Shown: in pieces, positions 1 to 12,864 of the stretch
How positions within the stretch are numbered: position 1 is the first letter of the stretch
How the letters are laid out: each line of letters begins with the position of its first letter
Assembly: GCF_001194135.2 (NCBI RefSeq)
Contig: NC_069006.1
Coordinates: forward strand, 20,093,651-20,142,947
Length of the DNA: 49,297 bases
Source: Octopus bimaculoides
Lineage: Eukaryota
Direction of reading: 5' to 3'
Notes under the pieces: model-generated
Database searches by the model: none
The model's input: only the letters and a program-made list of their open reading frames with translations
Told to the model about the DNA's origin: nothing
Made by a program: the position numbers and the translations under genes

Positions 1-1099
1 GGAAACCTTTGAGAAAGATATTCAAATCATTTGAAACAGTTTTCCTTATGTTTCATCTGATTGGGTTTTTTCTTTTTTGTTTTTTTTTTCTGAAATAGGT
101 GGAGGAAGTGGTACCCCCTCCCCCCCTTTTTTTTCACCCCCCTCAATCAACCAATGTTTAAACCTGAATGGAATATTGAACTAAGAGAAAATTCAGCAGA
201 GAATTTTCAATGATTTCAGTCAAGTTATAAGTATTTCGCATCTGTGTTTGTTTTCATTGAAATATTTTTTCTATTCTGTGAGTATTAATTTGATATTGTT
301 GGTTAAGTGAGCTGACCTTGTTGTCTAATGGAAACACTGTTCTATGACTCTGTCTATAGTTCCAAGCTAGTCTCCACTAGCTGCCTAGATATTTTTGTCA
401 GTGTTCTTGTGCAACTAATGATGTGCCACATATGTAACTACTGTTCTACCCATCTAAGTATATTGTAAATGTTGTGTGCTGTGCCTGGCTGTATGTATGT
501 CTGCGTGTGTTTGTGTGCATGTATGCGCGCATGTACGAATGTATATTTTGGAACACTGCTGTCTGTCAAGCAGAGTGAAGTAATCAACATTAGTGCTGCT
601 CTAAACATTATCCCTAACTAAGCAGTATCTGGTTTGATCACAAGCTCAAGTATGAGTAGCATACAACACTTTGTAGCATTATTTATATGGTAGGTCAAAT
701 GGACCAAAATACACAGAAGCAGGATCACTTATTAGGTCCCACTTTATATTGAACTGCTGGAATAATGCCAAAGATAAAATATGTTGAAGATTATCTGTGT
801 TCTTATTGTTTGATTATTTACCTTTTGTTGTTACCATATTTCATCACTTGAAATATACTGTTTCTTTTTCAGTAAATTAAAAAAAAAAAAATGAAGAATA
901 CAGTAAAATAACTGCATCATTATTAAGCTGTTGTTAAAGACAGCAAGCTGGCAGAACTGTTGGCACACCGGGCAAAATGCTTAGCAGCATTTTGTCCATC
1001 TTTACATTCTGAGTTCAAACTTCACTGAGGTCAACTTTACTTTTCATCCTTTCGGGGTCAATGAAATAAGTACCAGTGGAACATTGGGATTGACAAACG

Positions 1100-1430
1100 A
1101 AATGAGAAAAACATTGCAGCTGTGAGGGGGAAATCGTCAAATCACCATCCGTGAGTTATCAGAGGATGTGCAGATTAGTTACAGTTATGTTCAGTCCATT
1201 AGCACTGAAGTTTTGGATATGAAATGTTTGTCCGCCCAAACAGTTTTCAGCTGACTAAAAAGACACTTGGATTTCAGTTGCACAAGATCTCCTTGATTGT
1301 GTTGAGAACAATGAAACCCTTTTGAAAACTTTGTGTCGGCCTCTGAGCAGGTATTGCCAAGCTTTTGGCAAAATTTGATGCAAATTCTCTGCTCAAAATT
1401 CTCTGTCATGGTCAATGCAACAATCACACG
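1100..1430 (-). mobile_element. Internally deleted mariner-type transposase remnant
   Basis: ORF 1191-1427 contains EQRICIKFCQKLG, like the mariner N-terminal EQRxxIKFCxKLG, fused to a degenerate C-terminal-like LF.QLK segment. Confidence 0.6.
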
Positions 1431-1639
1431 TTACACACCTTCCTTCCAAGCACTGCTGTAAATAGCAGAAGTGAGCTAGAATGTTAAAACTTTGTGCACA
1501 TTCACAGCAGAGTTCTTCCCATTGCTTTTAATTATTCATGGTGGTGCATATGGCGGTTATGTGAAATTTGGAAAATGTATGTTAAATGATGATGATGATG
1601 ATGACAAAAGGAAGAGACGGGAATGTTGAGATATTAGCG

Positions 1640-1960
1640 GTACTCCATCGGTTACGACAACGAAGGTTCTAGTTGATCCAATCAATGGTACAGCCTGCTC
1701 ATGAAATTAACGTGCAAGTGGCTGAGCACACCACAGACACGTGTGCCCTTAGCATAGTTCTCAGGGAGATTCAGCGTCACACAGAATGTGACAAGGTTGG
1801 CCGTTTGAAATACAGATACTACTCACTTTTGCCAGTTGAATGGACCGCAGTAACAAGAGATAAAGTTTCTTGCTCAAGGATATAGAGCATTGCCAGAAAA
1901 TGAACTCACAATCTTATGATCATGAAGCAAACACCTTAACCAATAAGCCACGCATCTTCA
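1640..1960 (-). mobile_element. tRNA-derived SINE with family-A tail, older copy
   Basis: Reverse complement of the 16039-type element. Confidence 0.75.
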
Positions 1961-2209
1961 TGACATTAGGAACTCTTCTTGTAATTTTAATGTTTTCCTG
2001 ATTAAGATTGTTGTTATCAGTGATTGGCAGTCTTTCCTCTATGTGTCAACCCTCCAATCCTTTAATTATAGTCTTTGTAGTCAACTGAAGTGGATCAGGA
2101 TTGTCATATCTCCTTTTCATCTTGCAACATAAGTTTCTCACTAGCCAAACGTTTTCTATGGGGCCTTAGCAACTCAGCCATATCATCTTTTTTTTTACTT
2201 CTTCAAACT

Positions 2210-2750
2210 CTATATCAATGATTCCCAATATGGGGCATACACCTCATCAATGGACCTGAGATCCCAAATTTCTGGGGGTTTTTTTTTTAGTGAGGCATGG
2301 AATTGTAAAAGTCTTTTTATTTCACAAACATATTACACCTATACTCAGCCAAACCAAGCCGATCCCTCCAGCCAAGCATACTGTGTGAAGATTATTTGCT
2401 ACAGTATAGTGCTATTCTAATGTCTTAGTGTGGATAAGAGATTTAAAATTACAAAACCTGACAACTTATGGCTGAAGCTAACAAAATTATCTCCTTGAAT
2501 CAAAGAATTCTGCTGTAGTCGTCAGGCACAAGGTTCTCATTAAAATGATTCCCTTTTTTTTTCTTAGTCAATACGTTTTTGTACTTAGTACTAAACAAAA
2601 GAGGTACTGGTAGATTTTTTTTTGTATTAGATAATTGTGATAAAATAAAAAATTAAAGTTGTTTTTTACCCATCTACCAGTGGGACATAAATTTTTCTGA
2701 AAAGTTATAGTGGAGCCTGGGGGGGGAAATAGGTTGGGAAACACTGCTCT
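2210..2750. mobile_element. Degenerate hAT-like element
   Basis: Right end GGTTGGGAAACACTGCTCTA; degenerate left end CAATGATTCCCAA. Confidence 0.4.
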
Positions 2751-3592
2751 ATATCATTTGCCAGTGTCATAAATACTTTGTGGAACTTGTTGGAGACTAT
2801 CTGCTGGTGGAAAACCTGAAAATCTGATATGTCATAAATAAAATCTGGGGTCTATATGTTTTACCAAATAACCTTCATAACTGAGGGTTTCAGTTCATCT
2901 CATATTTCAGCTATGTTATCCATCACAGCCATCATAATGTCGAGTTTTCTTTCATAGTCTCTACCTGTATATTTATCATTCCATCAATTTCATGAGTTGT
3001 TTCAAAAATATTTTTTCTTGGATAAGAAGTTAGCTACCACACTTTTAGCCATTAATTAAAACAAAAAAAATCTGGATTGTTAGGTAAATATATATCACTC
3101 TCACATTATGTTAAAGCTCATTTCAATTCATTGAATGACATGGTCTTTTTTCATAAAGGATCAATGCTTTATTGGAAATAGTATGTTTTTACACCATATA
3201 TCTCTACAGCAGGACAAAAAAAAATTGTTAACTAGTCTTGGAGAAAGCTCATAGACATTCAGATCTTATTTGAATCCCAAATCACAGGTAGATTAAAATT
3301 AGCATGGCTCATGAAACACCTTTAGAAGTTCAAACTGATACATAAGTAGCAGTTTTAATTTCATATCTTCAGCAACATTTCCTCCTACAAGAAGTACTGG
3401 ATGGTTTTTATAGGTTTTAAAACCTGATGTTGATTGTTCATCGCTAGAAATACAAGTCCTGGTAAGTATGTGCTACTAAAAAATCACAGTTTTTTTCACA
3501 CTGTACACTTTGTCTGGCATGGAGTTGTGTCAGAACAAAAATGTTCCTCAGGACAATAAGTAGCAGCCTTTGAGAGTTCCAGCAGTTATTTT

Positions 3593-3713
3593 AACCCTTT
3601 AGCATTTAAACCGGCCATATCAATCCCAGATATGCTACTTGTTTTATGTTCTAATTAGCCAGAAAGAGAAAGCATTACATTTGACAAAATAATCTGAATG
3701 CTAAAGAGTTAGT
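3593..3713. mobile_element. TTAA-type MITE of a second family (related pieces at ~38560-39030)
   Basis: TTAACCCTTTAGCATT...AATGCTAAAGAGTTAG inverted ends; similar termini at ~38790-38812 and ~39010-39030. Confidence 0.55.
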
Positions 3714-3866
3714 GTTCTGTAAAATAAAGCACCTTTGAAACTTTTCAACCAAATCTACCCAGAGTAGAGAGGACATGTCATTGATGAAATTACAAATGGT
3801 TACAAAAGGATTTTGACAAACCTGGCTGATTGATTGATTGACCAGACAATGAATCATACAATTGAG

Positions 3867-4190
3867 AAGTGGTTCTCAACCTGTTTTTTTTCATCTATGG
3901 ACCCCTTTGATTTCTATTCTTTTCTGGGGGACCCCCCTAGCCCTTTGATGTTTAGAAACTAATTTTATAGATACTTCTTTCAAAATTCCTATTTTGCTTT
4001 TTACACATCAACTTATGTTGGTTGATCTATGTAAAATGTTAGAAAAAATAAACCTAGCTGTTTCTTGTAAAGAATACATCTAAAGCAGAATCTTTTCATG
4101 GACCTTTAATTTACTACTGTGAGTTCCCAATTTATTATTTTGCTTGAGTGAACCCTGAATCTTAATATGGACCACGGTTGAGAACCACTG
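3867..4190. mobile_element. hAT-like MITE
   Basis: Inverted termini AGTGGTTCTCAACC (from 3868) / GGTTGAGAACCACTG (4176-4190); no clean 8-bp TSD. Confidence 0.65.
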
Positions 4191-4639
4191 GGCTAGATGA
4201 TTAACCAATTGACTAATGATAATTAAAGTGAAATAAAATCAGTGCCTGTGTTTATTATTGGCATAATGACCTTCCCAAGGTACAGCAAAATATGTTCCAA
4301 CACACAAGTACACATCAGGAATCTTGCGAACCATGTATAAAAAAAAATCGTTGGTCAAATAAAGACAAAAATATATTTAAATTGAATGGTTAAGTTGTAA
4401 GTAACAGAAAAAAAGGAGATGGGAAAATGACAAGAGGGGCAGACAGATGTATTAAAATGATGCATTTAATACTCATTACCTTTTGTTTCAGTCAATGGCT
4501 GAAGCCATACTGGAGCACCGCCTTGAAAATTTTTTCTACATGGAGTAAATAAAATCATAACATAAACAATTAAATATAAGAAATAATAATTTCTTAAAGT
4601 ATGTGTTAATCCCCATGTACCCAGACTTTGTGGACACAC

Positions 4640-4682
<43 letters not shown>

Positions 4683-5029
4683 CGGGCTCTGAGTACCCGT
4701 CTACCAAATCCACTCACATAGCTTTGGTCTGCCCGAGGCTATAGTAGAAAACACTTGGACATGATGCCACATAGTTGGACTGAACCTATAACCAAGTGGT
4801 TGAGAAGATACCACATAGCTACGCCTGCGCTTATGTTTGAATAAAGTATTTGAACAATTCGTAAAAGAAAGTGCGTGAGCTAAATTCAAAATAGTAAAAA
4901 TTAAGATATTGTTAAGCCTCTTCTAAGTCGTCGCCAGTTAAATAAACCTATGGCAAAAAGCATTTCAATTACAACTGCTAGGTATATCTAGGACTAAATT
5001 ATATATTTTGTCATTTCTTCCGAAGACGC

Positions 5030-5266
5030 TAAAGTGACTTTTAAAGCAACGGCACTATTGCTGGCAGATCGAACAAGCAACGGGTACCTCGTTGACTCGT
5101 TTCAGTGGCGAAGCGTGCAGGCCGTACGTATATACGTACTTCGGTCTAATAAAATCGCCCAAACAGTAAAAAGTCATTCTCTTCTGGTGCCGAGTTCGAG
5201 TTCAGCGCGAGGTAAGTCGTGCAATTGACTGAGTTATCTCCCCTGTCTCTTCGTCATTCGGTCAAC
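5030..5266 (+). promoter_or_regulatory. Putative ICMT promoter / 5' UTR
   Basis: Locally CpG- and GC-richer segment directly upstream of the ATG in a CpG-poor background; TSS not determinable. Confidence 0.4.
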
Positions 5267-5473
5267 ATGGCTAGTCAGTTAATACGTGAGGGTAAAATCT
5301 CTCTCTTATATTTTCTGATTGGAGCCGGTATTTGCTGTGTTCCATCTATATCATGGAACAAATCAATGCAATACGTTTGGTTAGACTCTTGGAAGTATCT
5401 ACTCGGAATTTACACAATAGTATTTCACACTATTGTCAGCTTAGTTTATATTTCGGATAATAGAATGTACCAG
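5267..5473 (+). CDS. ICMT: ICMT coding exon 1 (MASQLIREGK...DNRMYQ, 69 aa, ends phase 0)
   Basis: ATG at 5267 in AACATGG context; hydrophobic TM-rich peptide; donor CAG|GTGAGT at 5473/5474; joins exon 2 in frame as MYQ|IALR. Confidence 0.85.
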
Positions 5474-6046
5474 GTGAGTGGTCTTCTCTATAATAATTCT
5501 ATTGAACTCCGTTCCTACGAAAAGCGCACATATACATACATACGTGTATATATCTATATCTATCTATCTATCTATCTATNNNNNNNNNNNNNNNNNNNNN
5601 NNNNNNNNNNNNNNNNNNNNNNNNNNNNNNNNNNNNNNNNNNNNNNNNNNNNNNNNNNNNNNNNNNNNNNNNNNNNNNNNNNNNNNNNNNNNNNNNNNNN
5701 NNNNNNNNNNNNNNNNNNNNNNNNNNNNNNNNNNNNNNNNNNNNNNNNNNNNNNNNNNNNNNNNNNNNNNNNNNNNNNNNNNNNNNNNNNNNNNNNNNNN
5801 NNNNNNNNNNNNNNNNNNNNNNNNNNNNNNNNNNNNNNNNNNNNNNNNNNNNNNNNNNNNNNNNNNNNNNNNNNNNNNNNNNNNNNNNNNNNNNNNNNNN
5901 NNNNNNNNNNNNNNNNNNNNNNNNNNNNNNNNNNNNNNNNNNNNNNNNNNNNNNNNNNNNNNNNNNNNNNNNNNNNNNNNNNNNNNNNNNNNNNNNNNNN
6001 NNNNNNNNNNNNNNNNNNNNNNNNNNNNNNNNNNNNNNNNNNNNNN

Positions 6047-6083
<37 letters not shown>

Positions 6084-9000
6084 TTATATTTATATATATG
6101 TATATTTATTTTGATTCCTGCCCCGCCCCCCACTTCTACTCATTTTCATTCCAAGACACATCGTTATCATTCCACTTGGCTGTTTTATTGATTAGAAATA
6201 TTTCCCCCCAAAGATTCAATGTGATATCTGCAGACATTGTCAGGTTGTGTTGTATAATAGACATAGCTAAGGTACAATGACCTGCATTAAATTGCAGTGT
6301 CGTTCATTATATATTAAGTGCTATCTTTACACTTATGTATCTTATATTTTATAAATGGAGCGTAATTAAACGTAATCCTGTGTATATAGATATGTATATA
6401 TAATTTGCTTACATACACAAATATATTTTATGCGCGTGTCTGGTTGTCTGTGTGTGTATGTGTATGTTCCTGTGTTTATTTTCATCTTCTTCTGTAATCT
6501 TTCTTGGAATTCCATTTCGGATGCATCTGTACTATTTATATGAATGAATATTAAATCGATCTCAGTAACTTGACTGCTGATATTATTATATTTTAACCGA
6601 TCGCAGAAAATGTAAGCATAAAACCGACCTCGGCAGGATTTAAATATTGAGAAATTAAAGGGACGCAACAAAAAACACTGCAAAAGGCAGTTTGTCCGAC
6701 GCTCTAACAATTATTTATCTTTCATCTCTTATCGGTTTCAGCCTGAGATTAAGGTCACTCTGGGGCACTGTCTTTTTTTTTTTTTTTTTTAAATTGTATT
6801 TTTTTATTATTTGCTTTGCAAGATTCTTGATGTGAAGTCGTGTGTTGAAACAGATTTCGTTGCATAATGGTCATCTCGAGATACCAGATATTACAAAAAT
6901 AAACAAATTAAAATTATAGTGGCTTAAACAACAATTTGCGTAAAATTTAATTAACCAGAAGGGACGATTTTACATTATGTAACAAAAACCCGTTGAGGAG
7001 TGAACGTTGACTTTATGAATCAAAAATGCAAACCTTTCGATTTGTTTGTTGTTGAAGCAAGCACCTAANNNNNNNNNNNNNNNNNNNNNNNNNNNNNNNN
7101 NNNNNNNNNNNNNNNNNNNNNNNNNNNNNNNNNNNNNNNNNNNNNNNNNNNNNNNNNNNNNNNNNNNNNNNNNNNNNNNNNNNNNNNNNNNNNNNNNNNN
7201 NNNNNNNNNNNNNNNNNNNNNNNNNNNNNNNNNNNNNNNNNNNNNNNNNNNNNNNNNNNNNNNNNNNNNNNNNNNNNNNNNNNNNNNNNNNNNNNNNNNN
7301 NNNNNNNNNNNNNNNNNNNNNNNNNNNNNNNNNNNNNNNNNNNNNNNNNNNNNNNNNNNNNNNNNNNNNNNNNNNNNNNNNNNNNNNNNNNNNNNNNNNN
7401 NNNNNNNNNNNNNNNNNNNNNNNNNNNNNNNNNNNNNNNNNNNNNCAATATGTATATCTGCGCGCCTACCATTCTTTGTTTCACATTAAATCCCGATATA
7501 ATCGGAATCTATTCCATCTGAATATTTGTAGGAAATTTCATTAAAAAATATCCATTCTTCTGAAAGTTATAAGAAAACAAAAGTTGGGACATGGGGGCGC
7601 ACCTGTATACCGCAAATTGGCACATTTCCTTCGATTCTGTGTCCATGCATAGTGTTTCTCTGAAATTTTGCAGAGTAAGGTTTTCGAGGGTACAGATTAT
7701 AATTTGGTTGCCTAGGAAATTCGTCAGAGCGTCCGACAAAATGCTTCGCGGTATTTGTTCTGGCTCTGAGCTCGAATCCCAACGTGGTCGACTTTGCCTT
7801 TCGTCTTCTCGGGGGCTGATGAAAAAAAAAAAAAATTACCAGTTTAGCACTGGAATCGATGTAATCGACTTCCTCTCCCTTCAAAATTGCTGGCCTTGTG
7901 CCAAAATTAGAATTATTAAGATTTTTTGCTGGGTGGGGGTTTCAGACTATTCTCGCTTGCGCTCGCATTTCTTCCTCATAAACTCTCTTTACGATGCACA
8001 TTTTAAAGAGACATTTTGCAAAATTTCATTTTCTAGAGCGTAGATTACGTGATGCTTATGTTCCAAACATAAATCTAAGAAGAAAAAGGTGAAAAATGCT
8101 GAAGTAATTGAAATTGGTGGTAGCAAAGTCGATGGGGGAGATGGGAGAAAATGATCCGAAACTTCATCTACCTCTATTTCTTTTTCTAAATTTTATCAAC
8201 TCAGATAATTCGCACAATCTAGGAACTCGGGTCAAACACTGGAGTTTAAAGATCAAGGTCCTTCCCCACCGTTCACCAGGGCGCATTTTTTTCTTCATTT
8301 TCGTTTCCTACGGAAAATCGGTTGCTATTTCTAGCAGGTCGAGATATCCTCATTGATTTGTGATAGTGTGGTTGAGAAGTTCGCTTCACTACTACGTGGT
8401 TTTATGTTCGATCTCACTAATAGGTACCGTGGGCAAATGCTTCCTACCATAGCTTCGTGTTGACTAAAGCTTCGTAAGTGGAATTTGGTTGACGATAACT
8501 GCTGAATGGAAGTACCCACCTCCTCTGTGAGGGACCATTCCAGTTCTTGGATGGTGGACCTAATTAATCACTTGGCTTAATATCACCACACTGGCCCCTG
8601 TGGTACCATTAGCAGAGTTTAATTTATCGTAAACATCCGGGCCCCTGTCTCCGACCGGAAAACAACTTCCTTTCCTCTTCTCTTTCTCCCAATTGGCTTG
8701 GAAAACCTTGAAAGGGTCAAAGGCGTTGCCTTTCATTTTGTAAGTCAGGCACGGGCAACCTTTTTCGAGAAGCAGACCACACGTGACACGGCTTACCATT
8801 AAGCTGGCTGCATTTACTAAAAAACACTTCAATATAATCTTTCATTAGGCGTGTCCTTCAAAAAGCCCCACGGGATGCAATTTTCCTATGACTGCTCGAG
8901 CACCAACAATTTGACCTCTTTGAAAGTCCGATAGATCTGTCTGGTAGTGTGTTAACCACTCGACCAGACCAACTTTTCTATCTGAATTAAATAACTATGG

Positions 9001-10391
9001 CTACAAAATTAGCATGGTTGTCAGGCCATAGCTTTTGTAAATATCTTATTAGTTTCCACAAGCATTCTCAGACAGTACTGCATAACAACGGTCCCATTGA
9101 TTTATTTTAATTGTTTTCGACTGTGTATTTGCAGAATCGTTAGAACTCGGGGCACATTGCCCTGCGGTACTTAGTTACGGCCCTACTACGCTCTGATTTC
9201 AAGTCGCGCCGAGGTTAGCTTAGTTTTTGCCTTTCATCGTTTCGGTGGGAGGTGGGGGGTGGGGTCTTAAAGTAAAGTAAAGTAAAAGCAGTCTTTCGGT
9301 AAAGGTCTAAGGCGTTGTGAGCGAGTGTGCGACATCGTGTTTCACCTACACGACTGAGTTACACACACACACACGCACAGACACACACACACACTCTCTC
9401 TCTCTCGACGTAATATACTAATACCGAAACATTGGCCAGTTAAGTAGTGGAAGCACGATCTCTACTCTAAAAATGCATCAAAGATGTGAATGGCAATGCA
9501 ATAGTTTGTTTTGTTGTTTTAGCTGAAAGCAAATGGTGTGTGTGTTTTAATGCCGAAATGTGGAGTCAATCGTTTAGTGATTTTACAATCATCTAAGGGA
9601 GAGAGCGTTGTTTATATTAATAAAAGCTATTTGAAATTCAAAATCTAACTCGAGCAAACGAAGGATCGTGTATGTAATGACTCCACTTGCAAGACATAGC
9701 TGCCAAATTTTCCTCGTGTTACACTACGAACTTGAGAGCAACTCATCTAGTAGTATAGCTCTAGACATGTCTGAAAAAACGACGTGATGGCTATGGCTGG
9801 AGTGCCTTTGATCAGAAGACCCTCCACCTCACAGTGCAATAGTTCGTTAGATTTCTTTTTTTTTAGATCGATTGAAAGCTGTTTTATGTAAAAGCTTTTT
9901 TTATTTCATCTTTTACTTATTTTTGTTTTTAGAGTCTGGTACTTAATCTGTCGGTCATATTTGTCAAACCGCTAGGTTACGGGTGTCTAGGTTTTATCTT
10001 CGTACTTGTTTGTTAGCAGTTCGGCAAAGGAGACCAATAGTATAAGTATCACTTCTTGGACAAAATAAAAAATTAAAAGAAGTACTGGGGTCGATTCATT
10101 TGACTGAAACTGTTAGGCAATGCCTCAGCATGGCCTCAGTCTAGTGACTGAAACAGGTAAATGATAAAGATAAAAAATACACACACACACACTCTCACCT
10201 TAGTCTGTTATTATACTCTTCTCTTCTGCTCTACTCACATTCCCCCCCTCCCCCTTTCACTCACTCCACCTCTCTAAGTAAAGTATAACGGGCGAATGAA
10301 CAAGCAGATTATTATATAAGATTGCTGTTGATGATGATGATGCCGGTGATGCCAACAAGATTTTACTGCCATTTTCTTCTCTCTGTTGCAG

Positions 10392-10650
10392 ATTGCACTC
10401 AGATCCGGCTCGCTGGGCCTCTGTTTTGGCCTTGGCGTTTTACTTAGTATTGCCGACACGACGCTGGTGTATTTTGGTTGGTACGTAATGGTACTAAGCT
10501 TTTTCCATTGGTCTGAATATTTCATGACCGCTGTTACGAATCCTCGTAGTCTCTCCTTGGAATCTTTTCTTCTTGACCACAGCCGGGAATACAAACTGGC
10601 TGTGGTCAGTAGTTGGATAGAATATACTCTGGAGTGGCTTCTCTATCCAG
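10392..10650 (+). CDS. ICMT: ICMT coding exon 2 (IALRSGSLGL...EWLLYP, 259 nt, phase 0 to 1)
   Basis: Pyrimidine tract + TTGCAG acceptor; donor CAG|GTAAGT; contains the ICMT-typical FFHWSEYFMTAVTNP...SFLLDHSREY motif. Confidence 0.96.
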
Positions 10651-10688
10651 GTAAGTTCTTTTACTCTTCAGGTTATTTTGCTGCATGT

Positions 10689-11079
10689 GGAGGCGCAATG
10701 GCCCAGTGGTTAGGGCAGCGGACTTGCGGTCATAGGATCGCGGTTTTGATTCCCAGACCGGGCGTTGTGAGTGTTTATTGGGCGAAAACACCTAAAGCTC
10801 CACAAGGCTCCGGCAGGGGATGGTGGTGAACCCTGCTGTATTCTTTCACCACAACTTTCTCTCACTCTTACTCCCTGTTTCTGTTGTGCCTGTAATGCAA
10901 AAGGGTCAGCCTTGTCACATTCTGTGTCACGCTGAATATCCCTGAGAACTACGTTAAGGGTACACGCGTCTGTGGAGTGCTCAGCCACTTGCACGTTAAT
11001 TTCACGAGCAGGCTGTTCTGTTGATCGGATCAACTGGAACCCTCGACGTCCTAGGGGACGGAGTGCCAACAACAACAAC
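10689..11079 (+). mobile_element. Full-length tRNA-derived SINE (family A) in ICMT intron 2
   Basis: A-box TGGCCCAGTGG, B-box GGTTTTGATTCCC, (AAC)n tail; 3' half shared with 16039-16370 and 1640-1960; many CpGs retained. Confidence 0.85.
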
Positions 11080-11455
11080 TTTGCTGCATAATGCTTGTTT
11101 ATTCTTTTCTTTGTTTCAGTCGTCTGTCTGCAGCCATGCTGGAGCACTGTCTCAAAGGGTTTTTAGTCGAACAAATTGACTCCAGAATTTTTTCGTTTTT
11201 TTTTTTAAAGCCTGGTACTTATTCTATTGGTCTCTTTTTGCTGAGCAACTAAGTTACAGAGACGTAAACACAGTTGGGAATGTGTATCATATGTGATGCA
11301 TGGACACCAAGGTATGAATTAATACCATCGCCTCACCGAGGCAATGACTAGTGACTGAGACCTTTGGAAATATGCTGTGCTTGAGAAGACCCGGCAAGCA
11401 AAGTGAGACCATAACCTGTGGCCTATGCCAGGGGTGTAACCAACCCAGGCAGTGA

Positions 11456-11496
<41 letters not shown>

Positions 11497-11519
11497 TCAA
11501 AAAATACCTTAGGAATGAG

Positions 11520-11640
11520 AACCCAGGTTCGAAATTTCCCCAAGACACCTGATGAAGGCTGGAGGATATATCAGCTGAAATGTTGTGTTAACAACAAACA
11601 AGATGAGGACAAATATCTGTCAAATGTAAATAATGTATAT
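11520..11640. mobile_element. Penelope-like terminal fragment
   Basis: CCTGATGAAGGCTGG...CAGCTGAAATGTTG pattern; similar motifs at ~16960-17010 and ~20380-20420. Confidence 0.4.
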
Positions 11641-11791
11641 AAATTGTAATACTGAAATGAAGACCTAAAATATTAAGCCATGGTTAGTTCACATTACTCT
11701 GTAAAGAGTATAGGGCCTTGACCATTTCATGCCAGTGGACATGATCTTAGGTTACCTCCGCTAACATTATTGTAATTATTTCTTGTTACAG

Positions 11792-12009
11792 AGATGAAGC
11801 TGTTAAGGTGGTTTTGTTATGTTGGCCTAGTAATGGTAATCGGAGGTGAAATCCTCCGTAAGTGCAGTATGTACACAGCTCGCTCCAATTTTAACCATTA
11901 CATCCAGTATATTAAGCAAGATGGACACACACTTGTCACTCGAGGAGTCTACTCGTTGTTTCGCCATCCAGCTTATGTTGGCTGGTTTTACTGGAGTATT
12001 GGAACGCAG
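11792..12009 (+). CDS. ICMT: ICMT coding exon 3 (EMKLLRW...WSIGTQ, 218 nt, phase 1 to 0)
   Basis: TTACAG acceptor; CAG|GTAAGA donor; motifs GEILRK, NFNH, LVTRGVYSLFRHPAYVGWFYW (RHPxY signature of the ICMT/Ste14 family). Confidence 0.97.
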
Positions 12010-12201
12010 GTAAGAATTAATCATTAATTACTCTGTGTGACGTGATTTTTGTACTTGGGTGGCAACTGTTATTTCCTATTTGCTGACCCCTAGAAGGTAT
12101 GAAAAATGGTTAATATTTCCTTCAAACTTGTTCATGATCAGAGATGTGCATATTGTCAGCTACTAAGGGACATGCCTCAAGTGGTTATGGTCAAGCAACT
12201 G

Positions 12202-12620
12202 ACAAGCAAATCTGTGGTATTGAGCAGAATATTTGCTATGACAATATTTCTGCTGCAGCAACTTATAGCTGAATCTGTATGAAATGTAAATAGAAAATAA
12301 GTCAGTTTGAAAACATTGATGTCCAGGTCAGAAAATCAAAGTTTGAAGAGAATAGCAGTCATTTCCTTTGATTTTGAGACAGAAGCAAATAGGAAGTAAC
12401 ACACACTGACCAAAGACAACAAGCAAATTTGTGGTATTGAGCAGAATAGTTGTATAACGATATTTCTGCTTCAGCAACTTGGCACTGAATATGTCCAAAA
12501 TAGTCAGTTTGAAAACATTGACATTTAGGTCAGAAAAGCAAAATTTGATAGGAACTGTACTCATTTCCTTTGGTTTCTAGATAGAAGCATATATGAAATA
12601 ATACTTATTGACCAAAGACA
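12202..12620. repeat. Diverged two-unit tandem repeat (~217 and ~202 bp) in ICMT intron 3
   Basis: Both units begin ACAAGCAAAT.TGTGGTATTGAGCAGAATA and end TGACCAAAGACA. Confidence 0.85.
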
Positions 12621-12864
12621 AAAAAAAAAAAAATTTTAATTTCCTCACCCAGTGTTATTCAAAACAAAAGCTCAGAGGTCTGTCCCAAGCTTTAGATTCA
12701 TAACGCCAGTTTCTTGGATTCTTTGGCACAACTATTCTCCCTGTATGTAGATTTATGTTACGTTTTAGTTTCTAACTTTGTTAGTATTGAAACAGAAATT
12801 CTGAAATAATTCTGTTTATTTATATATTTATTTATTTATTTTGCTTTTCTATTTTTTTTTTAAG

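Noticed and set aside
3414-3461. Exon-like unit encoding VLKPDVDCSSLEIQVL with a GTAAGT donor
   Set aside because: Isolated; no compatible partner exons or homology recognised upstream of ICMT.
5474-6280. Extension of the 353-aa ORF beyond ICMT exon 1
   Set aside because: Read-through into intron 1 (microsatellite and gap); the real exon ends at the donor at 5473.
10651-11147. C-terminal part of ORF 10386-10829 and ORF 10710-11147
   Set aside because: Translations of the intronic SINE.
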